A stretch of DNA of 64,000 nucleotides from an uncultured delta proteobacterium. GTDB lineage: Bacteria > Desulfobacterota > Desulfomonilia > UBA1062. Made by a program: the position numbers and the translations under genes. Of this stretch, positions 40,169 to 50,174 are shown one piece after another. The stretch covers positions 240,768-304,767 of the forward strand of contig CAWAUM010000007.1 in NCBI GenBank assembly GCA_963785235.1. The letters run 5' to 3'. The notes under the pieces are model-generated. The model saw nothing but the letters and a program-made list of their open reading frames with translations. It was not told the origin of the DNA and did not search any database. The number at the start of each line of letters is the position of its first letter. Position 1 is the first letter of the stretch.

Positions 40169-41338
40169 TCATCCATACAGCTCTGCTGCCTTGACCATGG
40201 CATAGGCATTTTCAAGGGGGGCATTCTGGGGGAACTCGCAGCCGGGTGAAAGGATATAACCCCCGCCGGGAGCGAGGTCATCGATCTGTTTCCTGCATTC
40301 GGTCATGACATCGTAAGGGGTGCCGCGTGTCAGCAGCGGGGTGTCAATCATGCCGATGAGCACGATGTGGTCTCCATAGCGCTTCTTCAGCTCCTTACGG
40401 CTCGAACAGTCGTCCGGGAGGTGTGCGAAGCTTATTGCACAGGGCTCCATGCTTCGAATCTGTGCATCGAAATATATCCCGTGACCGCAGTTGTGCACCC
40501 CAACCAGGCAACCTTTTTTTCTGACTGCCGAGGCGATTTCCCGTGCAAACGGCCCCTCGATCTTTTCCCAGAGCTCCTTGGACAACCCGTTCCATGATGC
40601 GAAGAGGGTGTCGATTACAACCATAACCACCCCGGCGTCGCATTGCGCTTCTGCAAATTCAATGAGCGCACCCGTGATGGTCTCACACGCTGCCATGACA
40701 TCTTCCGGATTAGTAACACAGTCCTTGAAGAGTTCCTGTGTCCCCCGCATCATGTTGAGCACACCCAGCGGGCCGAAGAGAAAGCCTGCTACAAATCCCT
40801 TCAAGCCTATCCGGCGAACCATTATGGATAGCGCTTTTGTATACCCCTGCATGCGTATGGCATGCTTGAAATCGATGGGCTTGAGCTTCCGGTAACCCTC
40901 GATATTCTTGATCACCGGGTTCGCGTAGTCGGGATGTGCGGTGGAGTTGTCCGGGTAAATAAGCCTCTGTCCGAAATCGGCGGCCTCTATTGAGAGGTCC
41001 ACCAGCGCGACTATACCGTCACCGCCGATGAGATTGAAGCCGGCCACGAAGGACTCGGCAGCTATTACGGGGTCGGCGCAGAATTCCGCGTAGGTGTTTC
41101 CGATAAGCCGTCTGCCTGCGCCGCATATTATGGGGCAGCACGGGACATGGTCAGGCTCCTTGTGCCGCAGGGTCACCAGCATCCTCTCGAAATTTGTAAG
41201 GCTGCTGATGCGCCCCCTGGCACTGCATAAACCCCCTGCAGCATCCAGAAGGAAATCCGGCAGCAACGCGGGCGAGGGGGGTATCCCTCCAGCAAGGGTC
41301 TTCAGCGCTCTCCAAATATCCTTTGTTGTGTCAGCCAT
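40169..41338 (-). CDS. UroD-family methylcobalamin methyltransferase (MtaA/CmuA-like)
   Basis: EPDHVP, DLSIEAADFG, GPLG, HNCG and SPGCE Zn-type ligands. Confidence 0.85.
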   Translation of the reverse strand: MADTTKDIWRALKTLAGGIPPSPALLPDFLLDAAGGLCSARGRISSLTNFERMLVTLRHKEPDHVPCCPIICGAGRRLIGNTYAEFCADPVIAAESFVAGFNLIGGDGIVALVDLSIEAADFGQRLIYPDNSTAHPDYANPVIKNIEGYRKLKPIDFKHAIRMQGYTKALSIMVRRIGLKGFVAGFLFGPLGVLNMMRGTQELFKDCVTNPEDVMAACETITGALIEFAEAQCDAGVVMVVIDTLFASWNGLSKELWEKIEGPFAREIASAVRKKGCLVGVHNCGHGIYFDAQIRSMEPCAISFAHLPDDCSSRKELKKRYGDHIVLIGMIDTPLLTRGTPYDVMTECRKQIDDLAPGGGYILSPGCEFPQNAPLENAYAMVKAAELYG

Positions 41339-42069
41339 GCAGTGTCTCTTTTGATTTTTCCATGAGCTTATCCCTCATGCCTTTAAGTCCATCGGCCTCA
41401 TCGCATACATCCTGGTAGTCACAGCTCCCGCACTCGAAATCCATCTCGGCGGCCATCTTGTTCATGGCAGCGATAATCTTCTCCGCAGGCGCAGTGATCT
41501 CCTTGAGCCTGTGTACATCATCCGTGCTGGAGGTGAAGAAGATCACCTCGAAGGCCTTCACATAGGGCATCTCCTTGAAAGAGGGCCATGAGAGACGAGC
41601 CCAGTGACCGGGCGGAAAACCCCTGGGATAGGGATTCCCTGCTGATCCTGCACCACTCTCTCATGTACTGGGACACAGCCCTCATCATGAATCCCTTGAG
41701 GTCGAGGTCGTATCGCAGGAAATCGAGCTCCTTGTGCCGGTCATAGGCATTGTCTTCGGTGAAGCCTTCCACCCCCAACAGGACCACCTTGCCGAAGGGG
41801 AGGCTCTTGCCGACGCTCTCCTGGAAATCAGGGCCGATGAGGGTTATCCTGCCATCTGTAATGGCAGAGAGGTTCTCTGTCCACAGCAGGCATGACACGG
41901 ACTCCATTTCCGGGCTGCCCAGCTCAAGGGCCATGTCCTCCTTCAAGACGATGTTTCTGCCGTGTCCGCCCGGCCACAGCCTTTTATTATCAGCAACCCA
42001 GGACCTTTTGCTGGGCATGTCCTCTACAAAGGCCCGGACTGACTCGATGGTGTTGGTAAAAAGTTCCAT
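41331..42069 (-). CDS. Truncated acetyl-CoA synthase (AcsB/CdhC) middle-domain-like protein, frameshift near 41575
   Basis: LELG, ITDGRITLIGPD, LPFG, WCRISRE..GF, EVIFFT, C-terminal CGSCDYQDVC. Confidence 0.7.
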
Positions 42070-42077
42070 AGATTCCT

Positions 42078-42869
42078 TTATCCTGCCTTGTCAGCAGCCT
42101 GGCGGGCAATGAGCGCCGCACCAAGTGCCCCGATGATCTGTGGGTCGGTGGCCATCTTCTGGAGCTTCACCCCCAGCGCCTCCTCAAGGGCCGCGAACAT
42201 GCCGGTGTTTTTTGCCACCCCTCCGGTCATGGTGATTTCTTTATCGAGCTCTATGCCCCTGGCCAGAGCAGCCACCCGGTGGGCCAGTGACTTGTGCAGC
42301 CCTGCCACGATATCAGAAAGGTTGTTGCCTGCATTGATCAGCGAGATGATCTCCGTCTCTGCGAAGACCACGCACTGGTTGGAGATGGAAAGGGGGTTCT
42401 TAGACTTGGAGGATATTTCTCCCATGTCTTCGAGATTGATCCCCATTGCCCCTGACATCACCTCCAGGAACCTGCCCGTGCCGGAGGCGCACCGGTCGTT
42501 ATAGGCAAAACGGATGACATTGCCGCTATCATCCAGTCTGATGGCCTTGGCGTCCTGACCCCCGATGTCGATCACCATATGCACCTCAGGCATGAGCCAC
42601 TGGGCTCCTTTGCCGTGGCATATGATCTCTGACTCCACGGCATTGGCAAAGGGGATGGAGTTCCTGCCATAGCCTGTGCCCACGCAGTAGGCGATGTCTG
42701 CTAGGGTAAGCCCTGCCTTCTCCAGGGCCTTTTCCATCACTTCCCGGGCCGATTCCTCGGGTTCTGGTTTTGCAAATATAACGTGTGAGGCAAGCACATC
42801 ACCATTTGTCATGATGATTGCCTTGGCGCTCAATGATCCGACGTCACATCCTGCTACATACATGCTCAT
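42078..42869 (-). CDS. ASKHA-type activator subunit (BcrA/D-like)
   Basis: GCDVGS, GTGYGR, EIICHG, DIGGQD, NDRCASGTG, QCVVFAE. Confidence 0.9.
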   Translation of the reverse strand: MSMYVAGCDVGSLSAKAIIMTNGDVLASHVIFAKPEPEESAREVMEKALEKAGLTLADIAYCVGTGYGRNSIPFANAVESEIICHGKGAQWLMPEVHMVIDIGGQDAKAIRLDDSGNVIRFAYNDRCASGTGRFLEVMSGAMGINLEDMGEISSKSKNPLSISNQCVVFAETEIISLINAGNNLSDIVAGLHKSLAHRVAALARGIELDKEITMTGGVAKNTGMFAALEEALGVKLQKMATDPQIIGALGAALIARQAADKAG

Positions 42870-42910
42870 AATCTCTCCGTTACATGGTTTTGTTCTTTTT
42901 TAAAACCTGG

Positions 42911-42992
42911 CCCGTAAAAACTGATCATCTCGCCTCTGGTAAGGATGATGTTTCTCCCGAATCGTTCAGGCGAGATGATCAGTTTTTACGGG
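42911..42992. repeat. Perfect 25-bp inverted repeat with 32-nt spacer (REP/MITE-like)
   Basis: CCCGTAAAAACTGATCATCTCGCCT (42911-42935) and its exact reverse complement (42968-42992). Confidence 0.88.
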
Positions 42993-43054
42993 TTCATTTT
43001 TTTCTCCTGCAAACTATATTTCCACTGATGAAACATTGGCCCATTCTTCTCTCA

Positions 43055-43837
43055 TCAATTCTTTCCGGCCATCTCTTTGGCAAACACCGCAGCCCCCAGT
43101 GCCCCCATGACCTGAGGGTCCACCCTAAGCCTGCGCATGGGAACGCCCAGCTGTTTTTCCATGGCCTCGAGCACCCCGGCGTTCTTTGCAACACCGCCTG
43201 TCATGCACACATCCTTCTCAACACCCACTGACTTGGCCAGGATTGCAACCCTGGCCGCCATGGCCTGGTTGATGCCGGAAGCCAGGTCTGCCTTTGATGT
43301 GTTCGAGTTCAGGTGCATGATGACCTCGGCCTGGGCCCAGGCCGTGCAGGTGGCAGCCAAGGAGATGGGGTTTCTGGCCTGTGCGGATAGCTTGCCCAGG
43401 TCATCGAGCTCCAGGCCCAGGAGCTTTGCCATGACCTCGAGGAACCTGCCCGTACCCGAGGCGCACTTGTCATTGGTGATGAACCTGACAATGTTTCCCT
43501 TCTCATCGAGGCGGATGGCCTTGCAGTCCTGACCCCCGATGTCGATGATGGTCCTCACCGTTTGCAGGAGCCAGTGGGCGCCCTTGGCATGACAGGCGAT
43601 CTCGGACAGCGTCTTGCCCACAAAGGGTATCCGCTCCCTGCCGTAGCCGGTCCCTACGCAGAACCCGATGTCCTTCATGGTGAGCCCGGCAGCGCTCAAT
43701 GCCATATCCATAACCTCAGGGGCGGATTTTTCAGGATTGAAGGATGATGGGATCAGCGCCTGGCTGATGACACGGGTGTTGTTGAGGATCACCGCCTTGG
43801 TGGTGAGTGATCCAACGTCACAGCCTGCTGTGATCAT
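43055..43837 (-). CDS. ASKHA-type activator subunit (BcrA/D-like)
   Basis: MITAGCDVGS, GTGYGR, EIACHA, NDKCASGTG, TCTAWAQAE. Confidence 0.9.
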   Translation of the reverse strand: MITAGCDVGSLTTKAVILNNTRVISQALIPSSFNPEKSAPEVMDMALSAAGLTMKDIGFCVGTGYGRERIPFVGKTLSEIACHAKGAHWLLQTVRTIIDIGGQDCKAIRLDEKGNIVRFITNDKCASGTGRFLEVMAKLLGLELDDLGKLSAQARNPISLAATCTAWAQAEVIMHLNSNTSKADLASGINQAMAARVAILAKSVGVEKDVCMTGGVAKNAGVLEAMEKQLGVPMRRLRVDPQVMGALGAAVFAKEMAGKN

Positions 43838-45239
43838 GACGAAATCCCCCTTACGTGCATGAACTCGCTGATCTTGTCCACGCAGTGCTCCCATGATGCG
43901 ACGCGATCGTCAAAGGCATCGGCAAAGAGCAGCATGGTGGGCAGGCCTTCGCGCTCGCAGTCGCGCTGGATGAGTTTGTTCGCGCCCCAGCTGTTGCGGC
44001 ACCCCATGCTGCCTACATAGACCAGGAAGTCGGGCTTCATGATCTTGGACATGAAGAGGAGGTCGTCGCGCCACATCCCTGGCGCGTCATACGGTCCCCT
44101 GAGCTGTTTGACCATGGGCATGCGGGAGTTGAGATCGGCCAGGGAGTCGATCATGGTGTCCAGATTTGATGTGTCTATATGGTAGGTCTCGTCTTCGCGG
44201 CCTTTTGTATATTGATGCCCTCATTCCAGAAGTTGAATATGAGCGTGGGCAGGAGGCTGATATCCTGTGAGTCGACCCATTCCCAGAACCGTGCGTCAGT
44301 GGTGTAGTGGTCGATGTAGCACATGAGGAGCCGCGCCCGTTCCTTTTTTGAGGTCGTGCCGGCATGGCCCTGTGGCTGCATTTTCACGCACAACCTTGAG
44401 CATGGATTCCAGCACGGCGGTGTATGCCTTTCTGCCCGGCATGCTGAGCCTTCCGGCGTAGATGAAAAGGGTGAATATGGGAGGGACCGGGCATGGTTTG
44501 AGCCTCATGAGGTCATAGAGTTCGATTGAGAGCTCGTCCTGGCGCTTCTGCTCTTCAAGGAGTTCTTTCAGCTTGTCTTCGTTCAGCCTGGAGCCTGACT
44601 GTTCTTCAATGAAGGAGATAAGGGCCTTGTAGTCTTTCCGGTGATAGTCGTCGATCCTTTCCCCTGTGAGCTTTGAGGGGAAGTTGAGCTGGAACATGGG
44701 GAGGTCGAGGTAGGAGGAGAGAAACTGGACCGCATTGGCATTCGTGTCGCAGATGCCGGGAGCTCCGCAGATCAGAAAATCGGGTTTTTCGGCAAGGCCT
44801 GCCAGGTATGCCCCGAACGACCCGCGCTGGGCCGAGCAGGAGGTCTCAGTGAATCCTACCTCGCAGCAATAGTCCATGTACTCCGCCGTGCCCTTTCTCA
44901 ACGCCAGCGTACCGAATACGGTCATGGTCTCAGCCCATGCAGGCACCACGTTGTCAAAGGCGAAGAGCAGATGTTTTGCCGAGACAAAGGTTCCGAGGCA
45001 GAGCTTTTTGCCCTGTCATGCGCTGTCATGATGTCGTCGAGGTATTCTGCAAGCATCTTCATGAAGAGCACGCCGGGCTCCCCGTGCTTTAACATCGTAT
45101 TGCGACGGTCTTGAAGTTCGGTATGACCCGTGGTCAGGCTTTCATACTCCTTCTGCGTCCCATCAAGGGCCTTGGAAGCGGCACTGAAAATGCTCCAGAG
45201 CATCCAGTCGTAGTTATATTCTCTTGTTTCCTTCTTCAT
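43834..45239 (-). CDS. Dehydratase/benzoyl-CoA reductase alpha-like subunit, several frameshifts
   Basis: Fragments in consecutive frames: ETSCSAQRG, GICDT, PMVKQLRGP, MGCRN, ADAFDDR. Confidence 0.8.
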
Positions 45240-45252
45240 AGACTTTGCCTCC

Positions 45253-45495
45253 TCATACTGCCGACATGCTCAGATGTGCCCCGGACTTGATCCTCTGGAT
45301 GTAGAGCTTGGAGCGGTCCTTGAGGACCTCCAGGTCTGTCTTTCGGACAATATATTCCAGTGTCATAACCGCAGAGGTGGGGAACAAGGTGAGTGCATCG
45401 ATGGCCCGCTGCCTTTCGGCCAGCATTCTTTTGTCATCCAGCGCTATATCGCGTAAAACTTCTATGGCTATTGTTTCTCTGTCTATCTGGCACAT
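45253..45495 (-). CDS. Small helical protein (HEAT-like) between reductase subunits
   Basis: 80 aa, RBS AAGGAG, tightly packed between two subunit genes. Confidence 0.7.
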   Translation of the reverse strand: MCQIDRETIAIEVLRDIALDDKRMLAERQRAIDALTLFPTSAVMTLEYIVRKTDLEVLKDRSKLYIQRIKSGAHLSMSAV

Positions 45496-45506
45496 GAGAA
45501 TCTCCT

Positions 45507-46641
45507 TTATGAAATTCGCTCCATGAATGCATCGAGACGCATCCTTATCCTTCCCGTCTCCACCAGGGGGCCGTATTCCCTCTCGAGGCGCATGCAGGGG
45601 ATGCCTGCCGCCTCGAGGTCGCGCTCAAGGACACCGTTTTCCGAGCCATGAAGGTCGCAGAAGCGCACATTCTGAAGGATTACGCCGTCTACTGAGGCCT
45701 TCTTCACGAGGTCCATGATGTAGGAGCGCCGGTCCTTGTAGTAGCCGAGCATGCGCGGGCAGATGCTGTTGTGCAGGTAGTGCGATGCAAGGGCATGGAC
45801 GGGCTCTGCCTTATCGTCCACCAGGCTTGCATAGGTGCGTGACCCGAAGCACACGGTGTCTGCAACGACAACGGCGCCGCCGTCCTCGATAAGCTGATGA
45901 AGTCCAGATCGTCGTTGGCGCTCCCGATGAGCATGAGCCGCTTCTTCTGGTCTGACACGGATGGCGCCTTCTCCAGGTCATTAATGATCAGCCTTGAGCA
46001 TGTGGTTGAATGATTCCCGGGGTATGGCATGGCCTGCAATGAGGATGGCCATGGCATCCTCTCCCGTGATGGGCACTTCTGTGCGGTACCTGAGCGCATC
46101 GATCTTCTGCAGGAGTTCTCTTCCCTCGTTGTAGACCTTGATGGAATTTCTTCAGTGCCTTTGCCGTGATCTTCACCCCGAAATGTTTCTCAAGGGTTGC
46201 GATCATATCCTTGAGCTCGTTCTCGTAGAAATCGATGCTGTAATCCACCGCCTTGTGGGGCACGGAAAAATATTCATAGTATCCGGGTAGCGTCCCTGGG
46301 TAGTCTTCGCTCGCCTTTCTCCAGCACTCCTCGAGCCTGCGCATGGAGTCGCAGCCGTTACTGATAATGGCTCCGTCTAGGAAGTTGTATGACCCCTGTC
46401 CTGCAAGCTGGAGCATGCACTTGGGGAGGCTGCAGTTTACCGGACCGTAGTAAGAGTCGCCGATGGAGAGGGACGTGGTCCCTATGCCCCGCAGCCTGAA
46501 GGGCAGGAGCCCTGCTGCATGAAGGATCTCTTCGGGGATGAAGGTGCAGGAATAACCGACAATCTTGCCCCCTTCATCCTTGTGCTTCTGTACGAGCTCG
46601 CTGCACAAGGTGTTTGCTGCATCTTTCATCTTCTCGATCAT
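45507..46641 (-). CDS. Dehydratase/reductase beta-like subunit with six Cys, several frameshifts
   Basis: GYSCTFIPEE, VNCSL, NGCDS, DTVCFGSR, SICPRM, RFCDLH, GRIRMRLDAFME across frames. Confidence 0.82.
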
Positions 46642-47924
46642 CTCACACCCCCTGATGAGGGCTGGGTATCGCCTTGGAACTTCGAGACATCGGGGTAATT
46701 GCCGTGGCCGGTTGTTTCGTTATCTCCGGTCAATTCGGAGATGCCCCTCTTGAGTATGGGCATTAGGGCAGACGCAAGCGGTTTCAATGCCCCTACCACG
46801 TCTGGCACCAGCCACTCGGCAGTCCTCACGATATCCTGTGTCTTTAAGGAATCGACCACCCCGCTGATGAGATTCGCCACGAGGTCGGGTCTGGCATCAT
46901 GGATCTTGTTGATGACCCTGCTGGCTGTATTGATCAGCTCCGCGGCTTCAAAGGTGTCCAGATCCGTCATACTCTCGCTCACTGCTGCCTTCAGGCCGGT
47001 TTCCTCCAGATTCTCAATGAGGGAAAGCCTGCGGTTCCCGGCCCTGATGCCCGAGCTTTTCACCGCCCCTATGGATGCGATATGGGACAGCAGTATCTGG
47101 GGATTGGCAGAGGCTGCATCAGCATACGCATTCGCTATTGCCTCCTTGTCTTCCGCAAACATGATGCTGACCTTTCTGGCGAGCTCAGGATCAATCTCCT
47201 TGAAATACTCACCCATGAGATCGGTGAGATACATCTGGAGTAGAGGCTTGTTTCCCTTTCCGACCAGGAGACTCCCCGTATGCAGCCGCCTGTAGAGTTC
47301 CTTTACCGTATTCACAAGTTTCGCCGTATCGGTGCCGTTCACACCTTTGACAAGGGAGAGGATGATGTCGGCAAACAGGTCCGGCCCGATGGCGTTCACG
47401 ATGGGGAGCATGACTTCCCGCGAGGCCCTTATGGCGGTATTGATGAGAGGGATAAGGGTCGCAACGACTGTTCCGACCTTTGCAGGATACCTCCAGAGGT
47501 GGGCGTTGAAGGCCCCGAGGGTCTTCAGCACACCCTCGTCGCATCCTTCGACCATCTCCCGGATCTCTCCGAAGTCAGTGTTCACAATGAAGTCCCTTAT
47601 GGAATCACCCCTGGTTTCATCGTGAATGCCGGGGAACAAGGTTCGGTTTTCGTTGACCGATGCGGCAAACAGGGTGATGAGCCTGCCCACGTCGGCAGCG
47701 ATGGAGCCCGGTTCTTCGGGCACATCATGGTGCATGCCCCGGGAGAGCAGGCTCCTCACCGGAGAGGTGATCTTTTTCTTGAAACTGCTTCCGTCCGACC
47801 ATTGATCCAGAAAATTACGGATTACGGACGAGATCAGACGCCCCTTTCCCTCGGTCCGTATGATCTTTCCGGCGATCCGGCCGATGGTATCAATGATCTG
47901 TTCCTGGTACTTGCTCGTCATCAT
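46638..47924 (-). CDS. Hypothetical helical protein, first gene of the reductase operon
   Basis: Long ORF; its stop overlaps the next start (ATGA); no recognised motif. Confidence 0.75.
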   Translation of the reverse strand: MMTSKYQEQIIDTIGRIAGKIIRTEGKGRLISSVIRNFLDQWSDGSSFKKKITSPVRSLLSRGMHHDVPEEPGSIAADVGRLITLFAASVNENRTLFPGIHDETRGDSIRDFIVNTDFGEIREMVEGCDEGVLKTLGAFNAHLWRYPAKVGTVVATLIPLINTAIRASREVMLPIVNAIGPDLFADIILSLVKGVNGTDTAKLVNTVKELYRRLHTGSLLVGKGNKPLLQMYLTDLMGEYFKEIDPELARKVSIMFAEDKEAIANAYADAASANPQILLSHIASIGAVKSSGIRAGNRRLSLIENLEETGLKAAVSESMTDLDTFEAAELINTASRVINKIHDARPDLVANLISGVVDSLKTQDIVRTAEWLVPDVVGALKPLASALMPILKRGISELTGDNETTGHGNYPDVSKFQGDTQPSSGGVR

Positions 47925-48089
47925 GAGTGGAATCCCCCCCGGCGGTTGCAATTGCCGCTCGTCATCATGTAATAGAAGGCCTAAATCGATTTAGTAACAT
48001 ACATCTATTTCCTGTTGCATCTATGGAGCTTTTGAGAAGGGAAGAAGGTCCGTCCGGCAAGGACAAGCTTCTCCCTTCCATCATCCTGG

Positions 48090-49409
48090 TTATTTCTTCT
48101 TTGCTTCACCAAGCAGGTTCTTGGACAGATACCTTCCCATTGCCAGGATTGACTGCACGGGCGGCTTGCCCCATGCCTCCGGGATCACCGAACAGTCGCA
48201 GACATACAGGTTGTCGTACTGAGTCTTCAGGTTCGAATCCACGAACTCGCCGAGCTTTACGGTCCCACCCGGGTGGGCCGCGAAGTAATACGTCTTATAG
48301 ATGCTGTGGCAGCCGGCATGCTCGAGTATTTTTCTGGCACGCTCTCCGCCGTGCTTGAGCTTTTTCCGCTCCTTGTCTCCGAGCATCTTGAGCACCTGGC
48401 CGCCGTCGGTGAGTCTTCCGCCCAGGGCATCCCTTGATTTGACCATGATCCTGAAGGTCTTTTTCCCCTTGAAGAGCTGGTCGAACCGGAAAACCTGTGA
48501 TGAGAAAATGTTTTCCTGCCACCAGGCCATGGCCATGTCGGTCATCAGGTACTCGTCATCCGGGAAGGGGCACCCGCACTGCATGGGCAATTCACCAGTA
48601 TTCTTGGTGATGTATTTGTGCTCTCCGCACACGGTGATGAGCGGATCGAAGAAGAAATCGTATCCCACGTCCTTGATGCCCGTGGTCCTGAGGATAACCG
48701 GGGTCCCGATGCCGCCGGCAGCCAGTACAATGGTGGAGCCGTAGGCGCGGAAAATGTTGCCCTTCATCTTGAACTCGACGCCCACAGCCTTCTTGTTCTC
48801 CAGGATGACTCTGCTCACCTTGGCATGGTTAAGCAGCGTGGCGCCGTCGAGCAAGGCCTCCCTGACCCAGTGCAGCGCGCTCCACTTGATATCCCTCGGG
48901 TCATTGGGGTTCCACTCGTAGTCCGGTGTCCACCTGTCCTGGATGTAATATTTGTCCAGGGGCTTCCAATCATACCCAAGGTCCTGGGCGCTCTCCCGTA
49001 TGGTCTTGGCCATGGTCGTCAGCTGATGCTCTTTCAATGGTCCGATGAACGGGAGTTCCTTCCGTATCTCATTGTCTGCTTCTTTGAGATCAACCCCTTT
49101 TGCCTTGAACATCTCGAACGGTATCGGGTAAGAGGTCCCGTAGTAGTAGATCGAGCTGCCCCCGGTGCAGATACCCCGGACCGCACCGAGAATCTGGGGG
49201 GTAAGAAGCAGGCTTCTGAAAGGTACCAGCATCTCCGCGACACACTGCGCGAAGCCGCCGTTCGGGGCATTGTCCGGTCCCCACTCGAGCATGAGGACCT
49301 TCTTGCCCTTTTTTGCCATGTCCCTGGCGACGGTTGCCCCGCCGGGCCCCGTGCCCACTACTATTACATCATAGTTATTGCTTGTTACGACGCTACCTAG
49401 ATCAGCCAT
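48090..49409 (-). CDS. GMC-family FAD oxidoreductase
   Basis: VVGTGPGG, GGSS, LAAGGIGTP, HPGGT, NLYVCDCSVIP. Confidence 0.85.
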   Translation of the reverse strand: MADLGSVVTSNNYDVIVVGTGPGGATVARDMAKKGKKVLMLEWGPDNAPNGGFAQCVAEMLVPFRSLLLTPQILGAVRGICTGGSSIYYYGTSYPIPFEMFKAKGVDLKEADNEIRKELPFIGPLKEHQLTTMAKTIRESAQDLGYDWKPLDKYYIQDRWTPDYEWNPNDPRDIKWSALHWVREALLDGATLLNHAKVSRVILENKKAVGVEFKMKGNIFRAYGSTIVLAAGGIGTPVILRTTGIKDVGYDFFFDPLITVCGEHKYITKNTGELPMQCGCPFPDDEYLMTDMAMAWWQENIFSSQVFRFDQLFKGKKTFRIMVKSRDALGGRLTDGGQVLKMLGDKERKKLKHGGERARKILEHAGCHSIYKTYYFAAHPGGTVKLGEFVDSNLKTQYDNLYVCDCSVIPEAWGKPPVQSILAMGRYLSKNLLGEAKKK

Positions 49410-49463
49410 AGTAAACCCCCCATATTATTCTGTTAGTTTTTTTTAAGTTCCTTTGCATGATTG

Positions 49464-49835
49464 TCATCCGGTCTTCCCTACGTTGCCAACATCACTGCAA
49501 ATCAATGCCTGGTGTCCCAACCGTGCCATCTCGATGGTCTCGACGCCGGTAAAGCTTGCAATGGAGCTGAACCTGATCTCCGGTGCAGTCTGCGCCATCT
49601 CCATGACCAAGAGCACTTCCTGATAATCGCTGGAGCGGAGGTGCTGCTGCATGTTGTCTTCGTCCTTCCAGAGCTCCTCAAGCATGATAACGTGCTTTTT
49701 CTCCGTGTCCTGATAGACGAAACAGTTGATACAGCCTGCCTTCGTTCTGATTCGACCTACAAGCGAATGCAGGATCTTCGTCGCCTCGGTATGCTTGCCC
49801 GGTGCCAGATCCATCCTCACCGTTGCATGAATCAT
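49464..49835 (-). CDS. Antibiotic biosynthesis monooxygenase (ABM) family protein
   Basis: GCINCFVYQD..LEELW..HLRS..PEI. Confidence 0.78.
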   Translation of the reverse strand: MIHATVRMDLAPGKHTEATKILHSLVGRIRTKAGCINCFVYQDTEKKHVIMLEELWKDEDNMQQHLRSSDYQEVLLVMEMAQTAPEIRFSSIASFTGVETIEMARLGHQALICSDVGNVGKTG

Positions 49836-49999
49836 CTCTTCACCTGTACCCATTCATATTCCTGCTTCAGTGTGCCTGCGGTTGCACGGGTTTCCCAGTT
49901 ACACTCAAACCGGCGGCACTCGTGCTTGATCTGCGATAGTCCGTAGACACCCAGCCTTATGAGCTCTTCAAGGATCTCTCGGCGACTCAATCTGAACAT
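49832..49999 (-). CDS. Small hypothetical protein (55 aa)
   Basis: MFRLSRREILEELIRLGV..; RBS AAGGAG; stop overlaps the ABM start. Confidence 0.55.
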   Translation of the reverse strand: MFRLSRREILEELIRLGVYGLSQIKHECRRFECNWETRATAGTLKQEYEWVQVKR

Positions 50000-50063
50000 G
50001 TGGCCTGCTTCACTCCTTCCATGGCGACTCCCTTTCGTGTTCCTTGCTGCGCATGAAACACAT

Positions 50064-50079
50064 TGCGTGAAACGTGCCA
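50064..50079 (-). promoter_or_regulatory. Candidate sigma54 promoter
   Basis: Minus strand TGGCACGTTTCACGCA (GG-N10-GC). Confidence 0.65.
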
Positions 50080-50174
50080 CAAGGCCTGACCCTTAAGTTT
50101 TTTTTAATGTCTTAATTATATTAGCATTTATGTTGGTCTAGGCAAGTGCCGGTGTTATTGTGCAAATTACATCA

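Noticed and set aside
38730-40172. Corrinoid-CooC fusion protein (480 aa)
   Set aside because: One extra base near 39642 creates it; correcting it restores the corrinoid C-terminus and a stop overlapping the cooC start.
42078-46641. Calling this a canonical bcrABCD benzoyl-CoA reductase
   Set aside because: The architecture fits, but the Cys pattern, inserted genes and absence of dch/had/oah genes do not support the specific call.
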